DNA of 64,000 nucleotides, taken from NCBI GenBank assembly GCA_902634185.1, contig CACPJC010000003.1, forward strand, positions 32,369-96,368. Reading direction: 5' to 3'. Each line of letters starts with the position of its first letter. The first letter of the stretch is position 1. Positions 1 through 9,437 of the stretch are shown piece after piece. Below the pieces are notes generated by a model. The model was not told where the DNA came from. It searched no databases and saw nothing but the letters and a program-made list of their open reading frames with translations. The translations under genes were made by a program, and so were the position numbers. The stretch is from an uncultured Candidatus Actinomarina sp. Lineage in GTDB: Bacteria; Actinomycetota; Acidimicrobiia; Actinomarinales; Actinomarinaceae.

Positions 1-76
1 CATGTGTCCTTGGGATACCTCTTGATGCAATAAAACCTACACCACAAGAATCTTTTTCTTCGAAATGAAATGTCAT
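1..76 (-). CDS. gltB: glutamate synthase large subunit, N-terminal fragment (runs off window)
   Basis: Minus-strand ATG at 76 gives MTFHFEEKDSCGVGFIASRGIPRTH. The CGVGF(I/V)A motif is the N-terminal Cys1 amidotransferase signature of GltB. Position downstream of amtB fits nitrogen assimilation. Confidence 0.45.
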   Translation of the reverse strand, partial: MTFHFEEKDSCGVGFIASRGIPRTH

Positions 77-181
77 TAGTATGATAATTTTACTATGAAT
101 AAAGGGTTATTTAAATAAGAAAACCAGCCTTAAAAATCTTTAGGGGGGGACCTAAATTTAGCTGGTTTTCTTAATTATTTG

Positions 182-1381
182 TTACTTTTTAGTGATGAAA
201 TCTCCATATGCTGATGTTCCGTGCTCTGTAGCATCCAACCCAGCAATTTCTTCTTCAGCTGTAACTCTAAGTCCAACTGTTGAATCAATAGCTTTAAACA
301 CAAGGAAAGATGTTCCATATGCCCAAGCACCAATTGCTAAAATACCGATTAATTGTGGCAGAAACAATGTGGCTCCTCCGCCATAGACTAAACCATCTGT
401 AGTATCAAAAATTGCCACAGCTAGTACACCCCAGATACCACATATTCCATGAACTGAGACAGCACCTACAGCATCATCAAATCCTTTTTTCTCTAAGAAG
501 TTGATGGAGTACACAACTAACACACCTGAAACCAAACCGATTAGAACTGCACCTAAGTTGTTTACATTTGCACAACCAGCAGTTATTCCAACTAAACCAG
601 CTAGAGCACCATTTAAGGTCATACCAACATTTGGTTTACCCGAAATCATTGATGTATACATCGCAGTTATAGAACCTGCAGAAGCTGATAAAGTAGTTGT
701 TACTGCAATTGCTGCAAGGTCAACATCTACTGCTGCTAAAGCAGATCCAACGTTAAATCCATACCATCCAAACCAGAGGATAAATACACCAAGTGCTCCA
801 GCTACCATTGAGCTTCCAGGTATTACTTGAGGGTTTCCATTATCGTCGTATTTTCCAATTCTTGGACCCACAATTTGAACACCAGCTAGGGCTGCAAAGC
901 CACCAACCATGTGTACAACACCAGAACCTGCAAAGTCAATGAAACCTAAGTCACCGAGCCAACCTTGACCACTCCAGACCCAGTGGGTAACTATTGGATA
1001 AATTACACCACATATAAATGGTTGAAATAATAAGTATGCGCTAAATTTTGTTCTTTCTGCGACTGCACCAGAAACAATTGTTGCTGCAGTTGCCGCAAAG
1101 ACTACTTGGAAGAAGTAGGTAATTGAGTCACCTTCCAAAAAGAAACTACCATAGGCTAAAAATCCACCAAGAGTAGTTCCACCGTATGCCAATGCAAATC
1201 CAAATGCCCAATAGGTAATTGCACCGACTGAAAAGTCCATAAAGTTTTTCATAACTATATTGACTGAGTTTTTAGATCTTGTAAATCCGGTCTCCACAAG
1301 CATAAAGCCAGGTTGCATGAACATGACTAATATACCTGCAACAACGATCCACAAGCTATCTACATAAGTTGCTAGTTCCAT
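182..1381 (-). CDS. amtB: ammonium transporter (Amt family)
   Basis: 399-aa polytopic membrane ORF. Its N-terminus MELATYVDSLWIVVAGILVMFMQPGFMLVETGF is the canonical Amt/MEP start. Confidence 0.9.
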   Translation of the reverse strand: MELATYVDSLWIVVAGILVMFMQPGFMLVETGFTRSKNSVNIVMKNFMDFSVGAITYWAFGFALAYGGTTLGGFLAYGSFFLEGDSITYFFQVVFAATAATIVSGAVAERTKFSAYLLFQPFICGVIYPIVTHWVWSGQGWLGDLGFIDFAGSGVVHMVGGFAALAGVQIVGPRIGKYDDNGNPQVIPGSSMVAGALGVFILWFGWYGFNVGSALAAVDVDLAAIAVTTTLSASAGSITAMYTSMISGKPNVGMTLNGALAGLVGITAGCANVNNLGAVLIGLVSGVLVVYSINFLEKKGFDDAVGAVSVHGICGIWGVLAVAIFDTTDGLVYGGGATLFLPQLIGILAIGAWAYGTSFLVFKAIDSTVGLRVTAEEEIAGLDATEHGTSAYGDFITKK

Positions 1382-1463
1382 TTTTTAAATCTCCTTTTGT
1401 AACAACCTAATTAAATATAGATGTTAAGAGACCTCTTAAAAGTTAAATGATTATTACCGGAAT

Positions 1464-1480
1464 GTTTCATAAATGTTTCA
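1464..1480 (-). promoter_or_regulatory. candidate GlnR box (GAAAC-N6-GAAAC on the amtB strand) upstream of amtB
   Basis: Direct repeat GTTTCAtaaatGTTTCAC on the plus strand, equal to gtGAAAC-atttat-GAAAC on the minus strand. 11-bp periodicity, about 83-99 nt upstream of the amtB start. amtB is the classic GlnR target in actinobacteria. Confidence 0.3.
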
Positions 1481-1525
1481 CAAAAATGTAGTCTTTGTGA
1501 TTTAAAAGTCTATTCTTAAAGTGTT

Positions 1526-3145
1526 ATGTCAAAAAATGTATTAGTTTGTGTGGCTTGGCCATATGCAAGCGGGTCAAGACATCTAGGCCATATTGGTGGA
1601 GCATATCTGCCTGCTGATATTTTTGCAAGGTACCACAGAGCTGTTGGTAACAATGTTTTAATGGTGTCAGGAAGCGACGTTCACGGTACCCCAATAACTG
1701 TAAGAGCTGATGCAGAAGGTGTTCAACCAATAGATATAGTCAATAAATATCACAATGAATTTTTGGGGTATTGGGAAAAACTTCGTATTTCTTGGGATAA
1801 CTATACAACAACAATGACTGATAATCATAAAGAAGTTACTCAGGAAATGTTCTTAAAAATAAAAGAGAATGGCTTTATTGAAAAAAATAAAAGTATCCAG
1901 GCTTTTGATCCACAAGAAAAAAAGTTTTTACCTGATAGATATGTAGAGGGTACTTGTCCTTGTCCTGTTGCTTATAGTGAAGCAAGAGGTGACCAATGTG
2001 ATAGCTGTGGTAAAACTCTTGATCCAGAAGAGTTAATAAATCCTATAAGTAAAATATCTGGAAACAAAGCAGAATTTAAAGAGACTGAACATTATTTTTT
2101 AAAGTTAAGTGCTCTAAATGACAGACTTTCTGATTGGTTAAATAGCAAAGAAGGTTGGAGACCTCACGTTATAAACTTTTCTAAATCATTTGTTGAAGAA
2201 GGTCTACAAGATAGAGCTATAACGAGAGATTTAGACTGGGGAATCGACATTCCAGAAAATGAATTAGGTGATGGAAAAAAAATATACGTATGGTTTGAAG
2301 CTGTAATTGGTTATTTATCTGCAGCTAAAGAATGGGCAATAACCAATGGCACACCTGATGCATGGAAAGATTTTTGGATGAATGAGGATGCAGAGTCTTA
2401 TTATTTTGTTGGAAAAGATAATGTTCCTTTTCATGCAATAATATGGCCTGCCATGTTACTTGCATATGGTGATTTGAACCTACCAACAAATGTTCCGGCA
2501 AACCAGTACATATTGATTAAAGGTGAAAAGGCATCTGCAAGTAGGGGTGTTGGAAAAACTTTGAACGATTATCTTGATGAATGGAATCCAGATTCATTAA
2601 GATACGCACTAGCCAGTATCCTGCCAGAGCAAAATGATTCTGAAATCTCTGAAGATGAAATGATTAGACGAAATAACGAAGAACTTGTGGCGGCATGGGG
2701 AAATTTAGTTCAAAGAGTTTTTTCACAATATATAAATAATTTTGAAAAATTAGACTTTGATTTTGAGTTAAATGAAATTGATAAAAAAATAATTGATGAA
2801 GCTAGTGTTTGTTTTGAAAAGACAAGTGAATTAATCGAAAAGGTCGAACTCAAATCATCACTTCAGTCAGTTATGGGATATGTAAATAAAATAAATGCTT
2901 ATCTTAATGAAACAGAACCATGGAAGATAATAAAAGAGGACAACGCCAGAGCAACAGCAATACTACACACATCACTTACAGCAATAGATGCATGTGCATC
3001 ATTATTTACTCCTTTTATGCCGACAACATCTGAGGTTGTAAAAAATGCAATTGAAAAAAATACAAATAATAATTGGTCAGTAAACGACATAAAAAAAGGT
3101 GCCCCTTTAGAAAATATTGGACACCTTTTTAAAAAATTTGATTAG
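1526..3145 (+). CDS. metG: methionyl-tRNA synthetase (short form, no C-terminal tRNA-binding domain)
   Basis: HIGH-type motif (ASGSRHLGHIGG). Zn-knuckle CPCPVAYSEARGDQCDSCG. KMSKS-like KASASRG. 539 aa. Confidence 0.9.
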   Translation: MSKNVLVCVAWPYASGSRHLGHIGGAYLPADIFARYHRAVGNNVLMVSGSDVHGTPITVRADAEGVQPIDIVNKYHNEFLGYWEKLRISWDNYTTTMTDNHKEVTQEMFLKIKENGFIEKNKSIQAFDPQEKKFLPDRYVEGTCPCPVAYSEARGDQCDSCGKTLDPEELINPISKISGNKAEFKETEHYFLKLSALNDRLSDWLNSKEGWRPHVINFSKSFVEEGLQDRAITRDLDWGIDIPENELGDGKKIYVWFEAVIGYLSAAKEWAITNGTPDAWKDFWMNEDAESYYFVGKDNVPFHAIIWPAMLLAYGDLNLPTNVPANQYILIKGEKASASRGVGKTLNDYLDEWNPDSLRYALASILPEQNDSEISEDEMIRRNNEELVAAWGNLVQRVFSQYINNFEKLDFDFELNEIDKKIIDEASVCFEKTSELIEKVELKSSLQSVMGYVNKINAYLNETEPWKIIKEDNARATAILHTSLTAIDACASLFTPFMPTTSEVVKNAIEKNTNNNWSVNDIKKGAPLENIGHLFKKFD

Positions 3146-3528
3146 CTCTTTGTAGCTTGAAATACCTCATCTATTTCATTAATCAAACCTAGAAGTTCCT
3201 CGCCTACAGCAGGATCTTCTGTTTTCTTTGCTTCTCCAGCTTTCTTTGTTGCATTCCAAAAAAGATCATGAACATTTGGAAATTTTTCAAGGTGTTCTGG
3301 CTTGAAATAATCTGTCCACAATACCCATAGATCTTTCTTAACCTCTTCAGCCATATCTTCTTTAATGGTGATGCATCGTTGTTTGAATGCAGCATCATCA
3401 GATTCTTGATATTTTTTGGAGGCATTTACAACTGACTCTGCATTGATTCTTGCTTGTGCAGGATCATAGACACCGCATGGCAAATCACAATGAGCATGAG
3501 CTACTCTTGTTGGTTTAAATAACTTCAT
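3142..3528 (-). CDS. sodN: nickel superoxide dismutase precursor
   Basis: A leader MKLFKPTRVAHA is followed by the Ni-hook HCDLPCGVYDP, which is diagnostic of Ni-SOD. Size 128 aa. Confidence 0.9.
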   Translation of the reverse strand: MKLFKPTRVAHAHCDLPCGVYDPAQARINAESVVNASKKYQESDDAAFKQRCITIKEDMAEEVKKDLWVLWTDYFKPEHLEKFPNVHDLFWNATKKAGEAKKTEDPAVGEELLGLINEIDEVFQATKS

Positions 3529-3576
3529 AAATCTCCTTTAATAATCTACTATTAATTTTAATAACAAAAAAACTAT

Positions 3577-4080
3577 ATGATTAAAAGCATTACACGGATA
3601 TTAAATATTAGAAACCTTCTTATCATCGCTGTCTATTTATTTCTAAAAAATAATAAAGATGGAACATATAGAACATATGAAATCAAAGAAGAAAGTATGG
3701 AGCCATCATTACATGAAGGCGATTACGTATTAGCTATAAAAGTTGCAGAACCATTAAATCGAGGTGATATTGTTATTTATGAATATGCTCCAAAAAATAT
3801 TGAAATAATTAAACGAGTCATCGGACTTCCAGGTGAGACTATTTCAAATGAAGATGGGGAGATAAAAGTTGATGGAAAATCAATTAGCGATAGTTGGGGT
3901 AATGGTAAGTCAGCTTCTTTTGAAACTATTACATTGCAGGAAGATGAATTATTTGTATTAGGAGATAATAGAGAAAAATCTTCTAGTGATTCGTCATCTA
4001 TTGGTCCAATTAAAAATGAGGATTGTTGGAAATTAAGATATCTCTATTGGCCCTATCATAAGTTTAAGAGTTATGAATAA
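3577..4080 (+). CDS. sodX: S26-family signal-peptidase-like Ni-SOD maturation protease
   Basis: Divergent from sodN. S26 signal-peptidase motifs: EPSLHEGDYVLA, IKRVIGLPGETI, LGDNREKSSDS. Confidence 0.8.
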   Translation: MIKSITRILNIRNLLIIAVYLFLKNNKDGTYRTYEIKEESMEPSLHEGDYVLAIKVAEPLNRGDIVIYEYAPKNIEIIKRVIGLPGETISNEDGEIKVDGKSISDSWGNGKSASFETITLQEDELFVLGDNREKSSSDSSSIGPIKNEDCWKLRYLYWPYHKFKSYE

Positions 4081-4261
4081 TTTAGTTTGTACCTGGTGTA
4101 AAAGAGAAATGACCTATCTTCATGGTCATGGAGCTTGTATCAACAATCAATGTCCTATGTTTGGTTTGAACCAAGCTGAATGTTGTGATGGTGAAACTGT
4201 TTCAAACTGTGTTTCACCACAGAAAAATGAAATAACATTATCCCCGCGTGCATTAAACTAG
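4073..4261 (+). CDS. small Cys/His-rich hypothetical protein
   Basis: 62-aa ORF overlapping the sodX stop by 8 nt. Contains CTWCK...HGHGACINNQCP...ECCDG...NC (7 Cys, 2 His). No recognisable family. Confidence 0.3.
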   Translation: MNNLVCTWCKREMTYLHGHGACINNQCPMFGLNQAECCDGETVSNCVSPQKNEITLSPRALN

Positions 4262-4278
4262 GCAGGTAAAGTTAAATT

Positions 4279-6969
4279 ATGAGTGAAGAAAAACCTTTAA
4301 ACGTACCTGAATATCTATTGATTAGGTCTGCTGAGGCAAGAGCTAAACATTTAGGTATTTCTGTTGAACAAGCTTTAGCTGAAATCAAGGGAGAAGCTCA
4401 ACCAGTAGTTGAGGAACCTGTAGCTGAAGTTGAAGAACCTGTAGTTGAAGTTGAAGAGCCAGTTGAAGAGGAACCTGTAGCTGAAGTTGAAGAACCTATA
4501 GTTGAAGTTGAAGAGCCAGTTGAAGAACCTGTAGTTGAAGTTGAAGAGCCAGTTGAAGAACCTGTAGTTGAACAAGAACCTTTAGAGGAAGTAAGCATAG
4601 AAAATAAAACTGTTGAGTCTATACCAGCCGTTACCATTCGTTTTGCTGGTGATTCAGGTGATGGTATGCAATTAGTTGGTACTAGATTCACAGACACTTC
4701 TGCTTTATTTGGAAACGACCTTGCTACTTTGCCAGCGTTTCCTGCTGAAATTAGGGCTCCTCAAGGAACAGTTGCAGGTGTATCTTCCTTCCAAGTTCAA
4801 ATTGCTGACTTTGATATTTTGACACCAGGAGATGCCCCTGATGTTTTAGTTGCTATGAACCCTGCTGCTTTGAAAGCTCACCTACAAGATTTAACACCAA
4901 ACGGAATGTTGATATTAAACGAAGATGCTTTTGATGAAAAAAATATTAAAAAAGCAGGTTATGGGATAGATCCTAGAGAATCTGAGGAACTTGATGGATA
5001 TAGAATTTTTCAAGTCCCAATGGAAAAACTAACAAAGGAAGCTTTGGAGGAATTTGATTTACCTGGAAGAGCAGTTTTACGTTCTAAAAATATGATAGCT
5101 CTTGGTTTAATTTCATGGACTTTTAACAGAGATCTAAAAGATACTGAAAATTGGATAAACGAGAAATTCAAAAATCTACCAGAAGTCGCAAAAGCAAACA
5201 TAAAAGCACTCAAGACTGGATACAACTTTGGTATTACAGTTGAGGCATTTCACCATACTTATAAAGTAGATAAGGCCTCATTACCAGCTGGAGAGTATAC
5301 AAATATAAATGGAAATATCGGTTTAAGTTGGGGTCTTATTGCGGGTGCTAAAAAAGCTAATCTCGATCTGTTTTACGGAAGTTATCCTATTACTCCTGCA
5401 TCAGATATATTGCATGAGTTATCAAAACACAAAAATTTCAATGTGTTGACTTTCCAAGCTGAAGATGAAATTGCAGCTGCTGCAGCAGCAGTAGGTGCTT
5501 CCTTTACAGGAAAGCTTGCAGTTACAGGAACCAGTGGACCAGGTCTTGCTCTAAAAAGTGAAACCATATCTTTAGCCCTTTCTGCAGAATTGCCTTTAGT
5601 AGTAGTTAATGTTCAAAGGGGTGGGCCATCAACGGGACTACCTACAAAACCAGAACAGTCTGATCTAATGTTTGCAATGTATGGACGCCATGGAGAGGCT
5701 CCTTTACCAGTAGTTGCAGCTAAATCCCCATCTCATGCTTTCTATGCAGCGTTTGAGGCAACACGTATTGCTCTTAAATATATGACACCCGTTATTTTAT
5801 TGTCAGACAACTATGTTGCTACAGGTTCTGAGCCATGGAAACTACCTGAGATTGAAAACCTTGATGAATTGGGAACAAATTTAACCACGACTTACAACAC
5901 TGAAGATGGGTTTTTACCATTTTTTAGAGATTACGAAACTAATGCTCGACCATGGGCTATTCCTGGAGTACCAGGATTAGAGCATCGTGTAGGTGGATTA
6001 GAAAAAGAAGATGGAACTGGAAATGTTTCTTATGACACTGATAATCACCAATACATGACAGATATGAGAGCATGGAAAATTGAAAATATAGCAAATGATA
6101 TTGACCCACTTGAAATAAATGGAGACATATCATCAGATACTCTCATTTTGGGTTGGGGATCAACTTTTGGTGGTATCACACAAGCTGTAAACAGACTCAA
6201 TTCAAAAGGTGTAAAGGTAGCAAGTGCACACTTCACACACATCAATCCTTTCCCAGACAACACGGCTGAAGTTTTGAGTCAATTTAAAAACATCATTGTC
6301 CCTGAATTAAACACTGGCCAATTGTCAAAACTTTTACGTGCACGTTATCTTGTCGATACTGTCGGAATCAATAAAGTTGAAGGTTTACCTTTTACAGCTC
6401 AAGAATTAGAAGAAAAAATCGAATCTCTCATAAACTCTTTTGGTACAAAACTCGAGCCTATCGTAGAAGAAGTTGTAGCTGAGGAAGAACCTGTAGTTGA
6501 AGAGGTTGTAGAAGAAGTTGTAGCTGAGGAAGAACCTGTAGTTGAAGAGGTTGTAGCTGAGGAAGAACCTGTAGTTGAAGAGGTTGGAATACCAGAACAC
6601 CTCATAATGAGATCTGCTGAAGCACGTGCAAAAGCATTAGGTATACCTGTTGAGCAAGTTTTAGAAGAAATGAGTGCAGATAAACCAGCAGCAGAAACCC
6701 AAGAACCAGTTGTTGAACAAGAACCAGTTCTTGAAGAAGAGCCAGTTGTTGAAGAAGTAAAATCAGATACATCTGAAGAACCAGCAGCAGAAGCTCAAGA
6801 ACCTGTAGTAGAGAGAGTTGTCGAAAGGGTCACTGAAAGAGTGACTGAGAGAATTATTGAAAAAGTTGATGAGAATATGCCTGAGAATAAAGAACTTGTT
6901 CAAGACATTGATGAAGAAAGAAACAAGGTAGAGGAAGAGAAAAAAGAGGAAGTAAAGACTGATGAGTAA
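4279..6969 (+). CDS. korA: 2-oxoglutarate:ferredoxin oxidoreductase alpha subunit with N- and C-terminal low-complexity extensions
   Basis: Core residues about 110-720 match KorA (GTSGPGLALKSE, VVNVQRGGPSTGLPTK). Flanking segments are acidic EPVVE/EEVVAE repeats plus a duplicated RSAEARAK(H/A)LGI(S/P)VEQ motif. 896 aa versus about 650 aa typical. Confidence 0.85.
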   Translation: MSEEKPLNVPEYLLIRSAEARAKHLGISVEQALAEIKGEAQPVVEEPVAEVEEPVVEVEEPVEEEPVAEVEEPIVEVEEPVEEPVVEVEEPVEEPVVEQEPLEEVSIENKTVESIPAVTIRFAGDSGDGMQLVGTRFTDTSALFGNDLATLPAFPAEIRAPQGTVAGVSSFQVQIADFDILTPGDAPDVLVAMNPAALKAHLQDLTPNGMLILNEDAFDEKNIKKAGYGIDPRESEELDGYRIFQVPMEKLTKEALEEFDLPGRAVLRSKNMIALGLISWTFNRDLKDTENWINEKFKNLPEVAKANIKALKTGYNFGITVEAFHHTYKVDKASLPAGEYTNINGNIGLSWGLIAGAKKANLDLFYGSYPITPASDILHELSKHKNFNVLTFQAEDEIAAAAAAVGASFTGKLAVTGTSGPGLALKSETISLALSAELPLVVVNVQRGGPSTGLPTKPEQSDLMFAMYGRHGEAPLPVVAAKSPSHAFYAAFEATRIALKYMTPVILLSDNYVATGSEPWKLPEIENLDELGTNLTTTYNTEDGFLPFFRDYETNARPWAIPGVPGLEHRVGGLEKEDGTGNVSYDTDNHQYMTDMRAWKIENIANDIDPLEINGDISSDTLILGWGSTFGGITQAVNRLNSKGVKVASAHFTHINPFPDNTAEVLSQFKNIIVPELNTGQLSKLLRARYLVDTVGINKVEGLPFTAQELEEKIESLINSFGTKLEPIVEEVVAEEEPVVEEVVEEVVAEEEPVVEEVVAEEEPVVEEVGIPEHLIMRSAEARAKALGIPVEQVLEEMSADKPAAETQEPVVEQEPVLEEEPVVEEVKSDTSEEPAAEAQEPVVERVVERVTERVTERIIEKVDENMPENKELVQDIDEERNKVEEEKKEEVKTDE
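4393..4600 (+). repeat. in-frame minisatellite (about 39-45 nt units) encoding EPVVEVEEPVEE repeats in the korA 5' region
   Basis: Visible tandem units gttgaagaacctgtagttgaagttgaagagccagttgaagaa repeated about 4 times. They explain the spurious antisense ORFs 4375-4697. Confidence 0.8.
6457..6600 (+). repeat. in-frame minisatellite encoding EEVVAEEEPVVEEV repeats in the korA 3' region
   Basis: Tandem units gaagaagttgtagctgaggaagaacctgtagttgaagaggtt repeated 3 times. Confidence 0.8.
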
Positions 6970-7978
6970 AATTCCTCTCTCATATAAAAGAGCTGACTTT
7001 GCTAGTGACCAAGAGGTTAAATGGTGCCCTGGATGTGGTGATTATACAATTCTTGCTTCAGTGCAAAACTTTATGACTGAATTAGGTATCAGAAAAGAAA
7101 ATATTGTGTTTGTATCTGGCATTGGTTGTGCAGCAAGATTTCCTTACTACATGAACACATACGGTTTACATTCTATCCATGGTCGTGCTCCTGCAGTAGC
7201 TACTGGAGTAAGTGCATCTAACCCAGATCTTTCAGTTTGGGTAGTATCTGGAGATGGTGACGCACTATCTATTGGAGGAAACCACTTAATTCATGCACTA
7301 AGAAGAAATGTAAATATGAAGATTTTAATGTTCAATAATCAAATATATGGACTTACCAAAGGACAGTATTCCCCTACCAGTGAAGAAGGAAAGAAAACAA
7401 AATCTTCTCCCTTTGGTTCTGTAGAGCTTCCACTAAACCCAATGAGTTTAGCCTTAGGAGCTGAGGCATCATTTGTTGCAAGGTCAATTGATATGGATAG
7501 AGATCTTACAGCAGAGGTACTTCGAGCAGCATCTGAACATGAGGGCTCAGCTTATGTTGAGATTTATCAAAACTGTAACGTTTTTAATGACAAAGCCTTT
7601 GAGCAGTTAACTTCAAAGGAAGGAAAAATAGCAAATCGTATAAATCTAAAACATGGTGAGAAAGTTATCTTTGGAGCAGAAGATGAAAATGCTGTAACAA
7701 TTCGTGATGGAGAAGCGGTCATAGTCAAAAGATCTGAAATAGATGATAGTGAGATTTATGTTCATGACATTACAAAAGATAACCCTTCAATTGCTTTTTC
7801 ATTATCAAGATTATCTCATGGGCCTTATGGGCCAACGCCAGTAGGTATCTTTAGACAAGTTGAAAGAGATACTTACAATGATGAAGTCAGAGAACAAATT
7901 GACTCATCTATTGAGCAAAAAGGTGAAGGAGAACTTGATAAGCTTATTCGTTCTTTAGGAACTTGGGAAGTTAACTAA
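6962..7978 (+). CDS. korB: 2-oxoglutarate:ferredoxin oxidoreductase beta subunit (TPP-binding)
   Basis: CPGCGDY...GIGCAARFPYYMNTYGLHSIHGRAPAVATG. Start overlaps the korA stop. Confidence 0.9.
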   Translation: MSKIPLSYKRADFASDQEVKWCPGCGDYTILASVQNFMTELGIRKENIVFVSGIGCAARFPYYMNTYGLHSIHGRAPAVATGVSASNPDLSVWVVSGDGDALSIGGNHLIHALRRNVNMKILMFNNQIYGLTKGQYSPTSEEGKKTKSSPFGSVELPLNPMSLALGAEASFVARSIDMDRDLTAEVLRAASEHEGSAYVEIYQNCNVFNDKAFEQLTSKEGKIANRINLKHGEKVIFGAEDENAVTIRDGEAVIVKRSEIDDSEIYVHDITKDNPSIAFSLSRLSHGPYGPTPVGIFRQVERDTYNDEVREQIDSSIEQKGEGELDKLIRSLGTWEVN

Positions 7979-9365
7979 GGGCAGCGTTTAATCTTATCTC
8001 ATCTAAGAATATTTCATTAAACAATTTGCCGTTTTCATATCTTTTTTTTAACAAATTATTTTGAATTTCTTTATCTTCTGAAATAATCTTAATTTTTTGA
8101 TTCTTCATTATTGCAAAACGCCCTCCTCTAGAATTTTTTGATTTGTCTGTTATCGGTTTTTTGTAAACATCTCTCCACGCCACACCGTCATGTAATGCAG
8201 AAACTTTCATGGCAAATGAAAAAGTATCTCTATCGACTTTTTGCAACAATGAACCTCCCATACCGAAAGTAATGTTATTTGCTGAATACTTGTTCTTCTG
8301 CATTGATAAAAGAATTTCATTAATAACATCTTTGTCTACTCCATCACCTTGAATGACTCTTATGTAATCAGGTAGCTCTTTATACCCTTTATCATTCCAT
8401 AAAAATCCAAAGTTTTTTTCATTTGATAATATATCTAATAACTTAATAATCGTTTCAGGTAAATCTCCTGAGTCTGGCCTAACTACAAGCCTTCCACCAG
8501 AGTTAATAATTTTTGATTTGAGTTCATTAGAGATAATATTTGTTGCTGTATCAAAAGTATTGTATGAATCAATAACCGAAGCAGCAACTTTACCATCTTC
8601 TTTCAAGAAAATATCAATAACATTTTCATGAGCTTCTAATTCATTTTCTTCTCCCCAGGAAGTAATTGTTGAATGTTCCGAGGCAGGAATTGAGTAAGAT
8701 ATGTCTTCTCCCGAATAATAATCTCTTAAAAATATTGCTCCCTCAACAGTATCAGAGCCAAGAAAATTTATAAGGTGTGCTGCTCCTCCAATTTGTGATG
8801 ATTCTAAACTAGATACTCCTCTTGCGCCAAAATCATGAAGCTTAAATGGTAAATCTTCTTCATACTTAGTTGAAGTTATAGATAAATAATGATTTATTAT
8901 TTTTTTTATTTCTCTCGAAATTGTCGATACAGTAGTTGGATACCAAATAGACCTTAAAAGAGCTGTTTCAATATATGAAACAAGCCATGGAACTTTAATA
9001 TCAGTATTCACTATCTGAACTAGTGGAATAGGGTTATCAACTATACTTCCTTCATCAATTGATTGAATTTCTAGCGGAAGAAATCCATTATGCTGATTTA
9101 AAATGTACTCCCAGTCTTGACGATTAAATATCCCTATATGATCCATATAAAATTTTTCTGCTTCATTAATATCTTCCATGGTTATAGGATTTAACAGATA
9201 CTTCTTAATAAAGGCTTGGAGGCCAAAAAATACAAGTTCTTGATTATTTAAATCCCTTGCTTCAATATATGCTGATAATTTCTGAGTACTTTTTGGGTAT
9301 TGTTTAAAATGTGAAACTTTATAAGAATCTACATCAAGTATAAAATTATATTTTTTTGTGTTCAT
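7971..9365 (-). CDS. nadV: nicotinamide phosphoribosyltransferase (NAMPT/NadV family)
   Basis: N-terminal ILDVDSYKVSHFKQYP is the NAMPT signature. 464 aa. Confidence 0.7.
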   Translation of the reverse strand: MNTKKYNFILDVDSYKVSHFKQYPKSTQKLSAYIEARDLNNQELVFFGLQAFIKKYLLNPITMEDINEAEKFYMDHIGIFNRQDWEYILNQHNGFLPLEIQSIDEGSIVDNPIPLVQIVNTDIKVPWLVSYIETALLRSIWYPTTVSTISREIKKIINHYLSITSTKYEEDLPFKLHDFGARGVSSLESSQIGGAAHLINFLGSDTVEGAIFLRDYYSGEDISYSIPASEHSTITSWGEENELEAHENVIDIFLKEDGKVAASVIDSYNTFDTATNIISNELKSKIINSGGRLVVRPDSGDLPETIIKLLDILSNEKNFGFLWNDKGYKELPDYIRVIQGDGVDKDVINEILLSMQKNKYSANNITFGMGGSLLQKVDRDTFSFAMKVSALHDGVAWRDVYKKPITDKSKNSRGGRFAIMKNQKIKIISEDKEIQNNLLKKRYENGKLFNEIFLDEIRLNAALS

Positions 9366-9437
9366 GCATAAGCTACTTTTTGATTTTTACCGTATGTTTA
9401 ATTATATTTTTTTAGAATAACAATATGGCATATACTA

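Noticed and set aside
4375-4697. Antisense ORFs 4375-4575 and 4398-4697 (and 6399-6605) encoding FNYRFF... / STGSSTGSS... repeats
   Set aside because: They lie entirely inside the korA EPVVE minisatellites on the opposite strand. Repetitive DNA keeps every frame open. The sense frame encodes a recognisable KorA.
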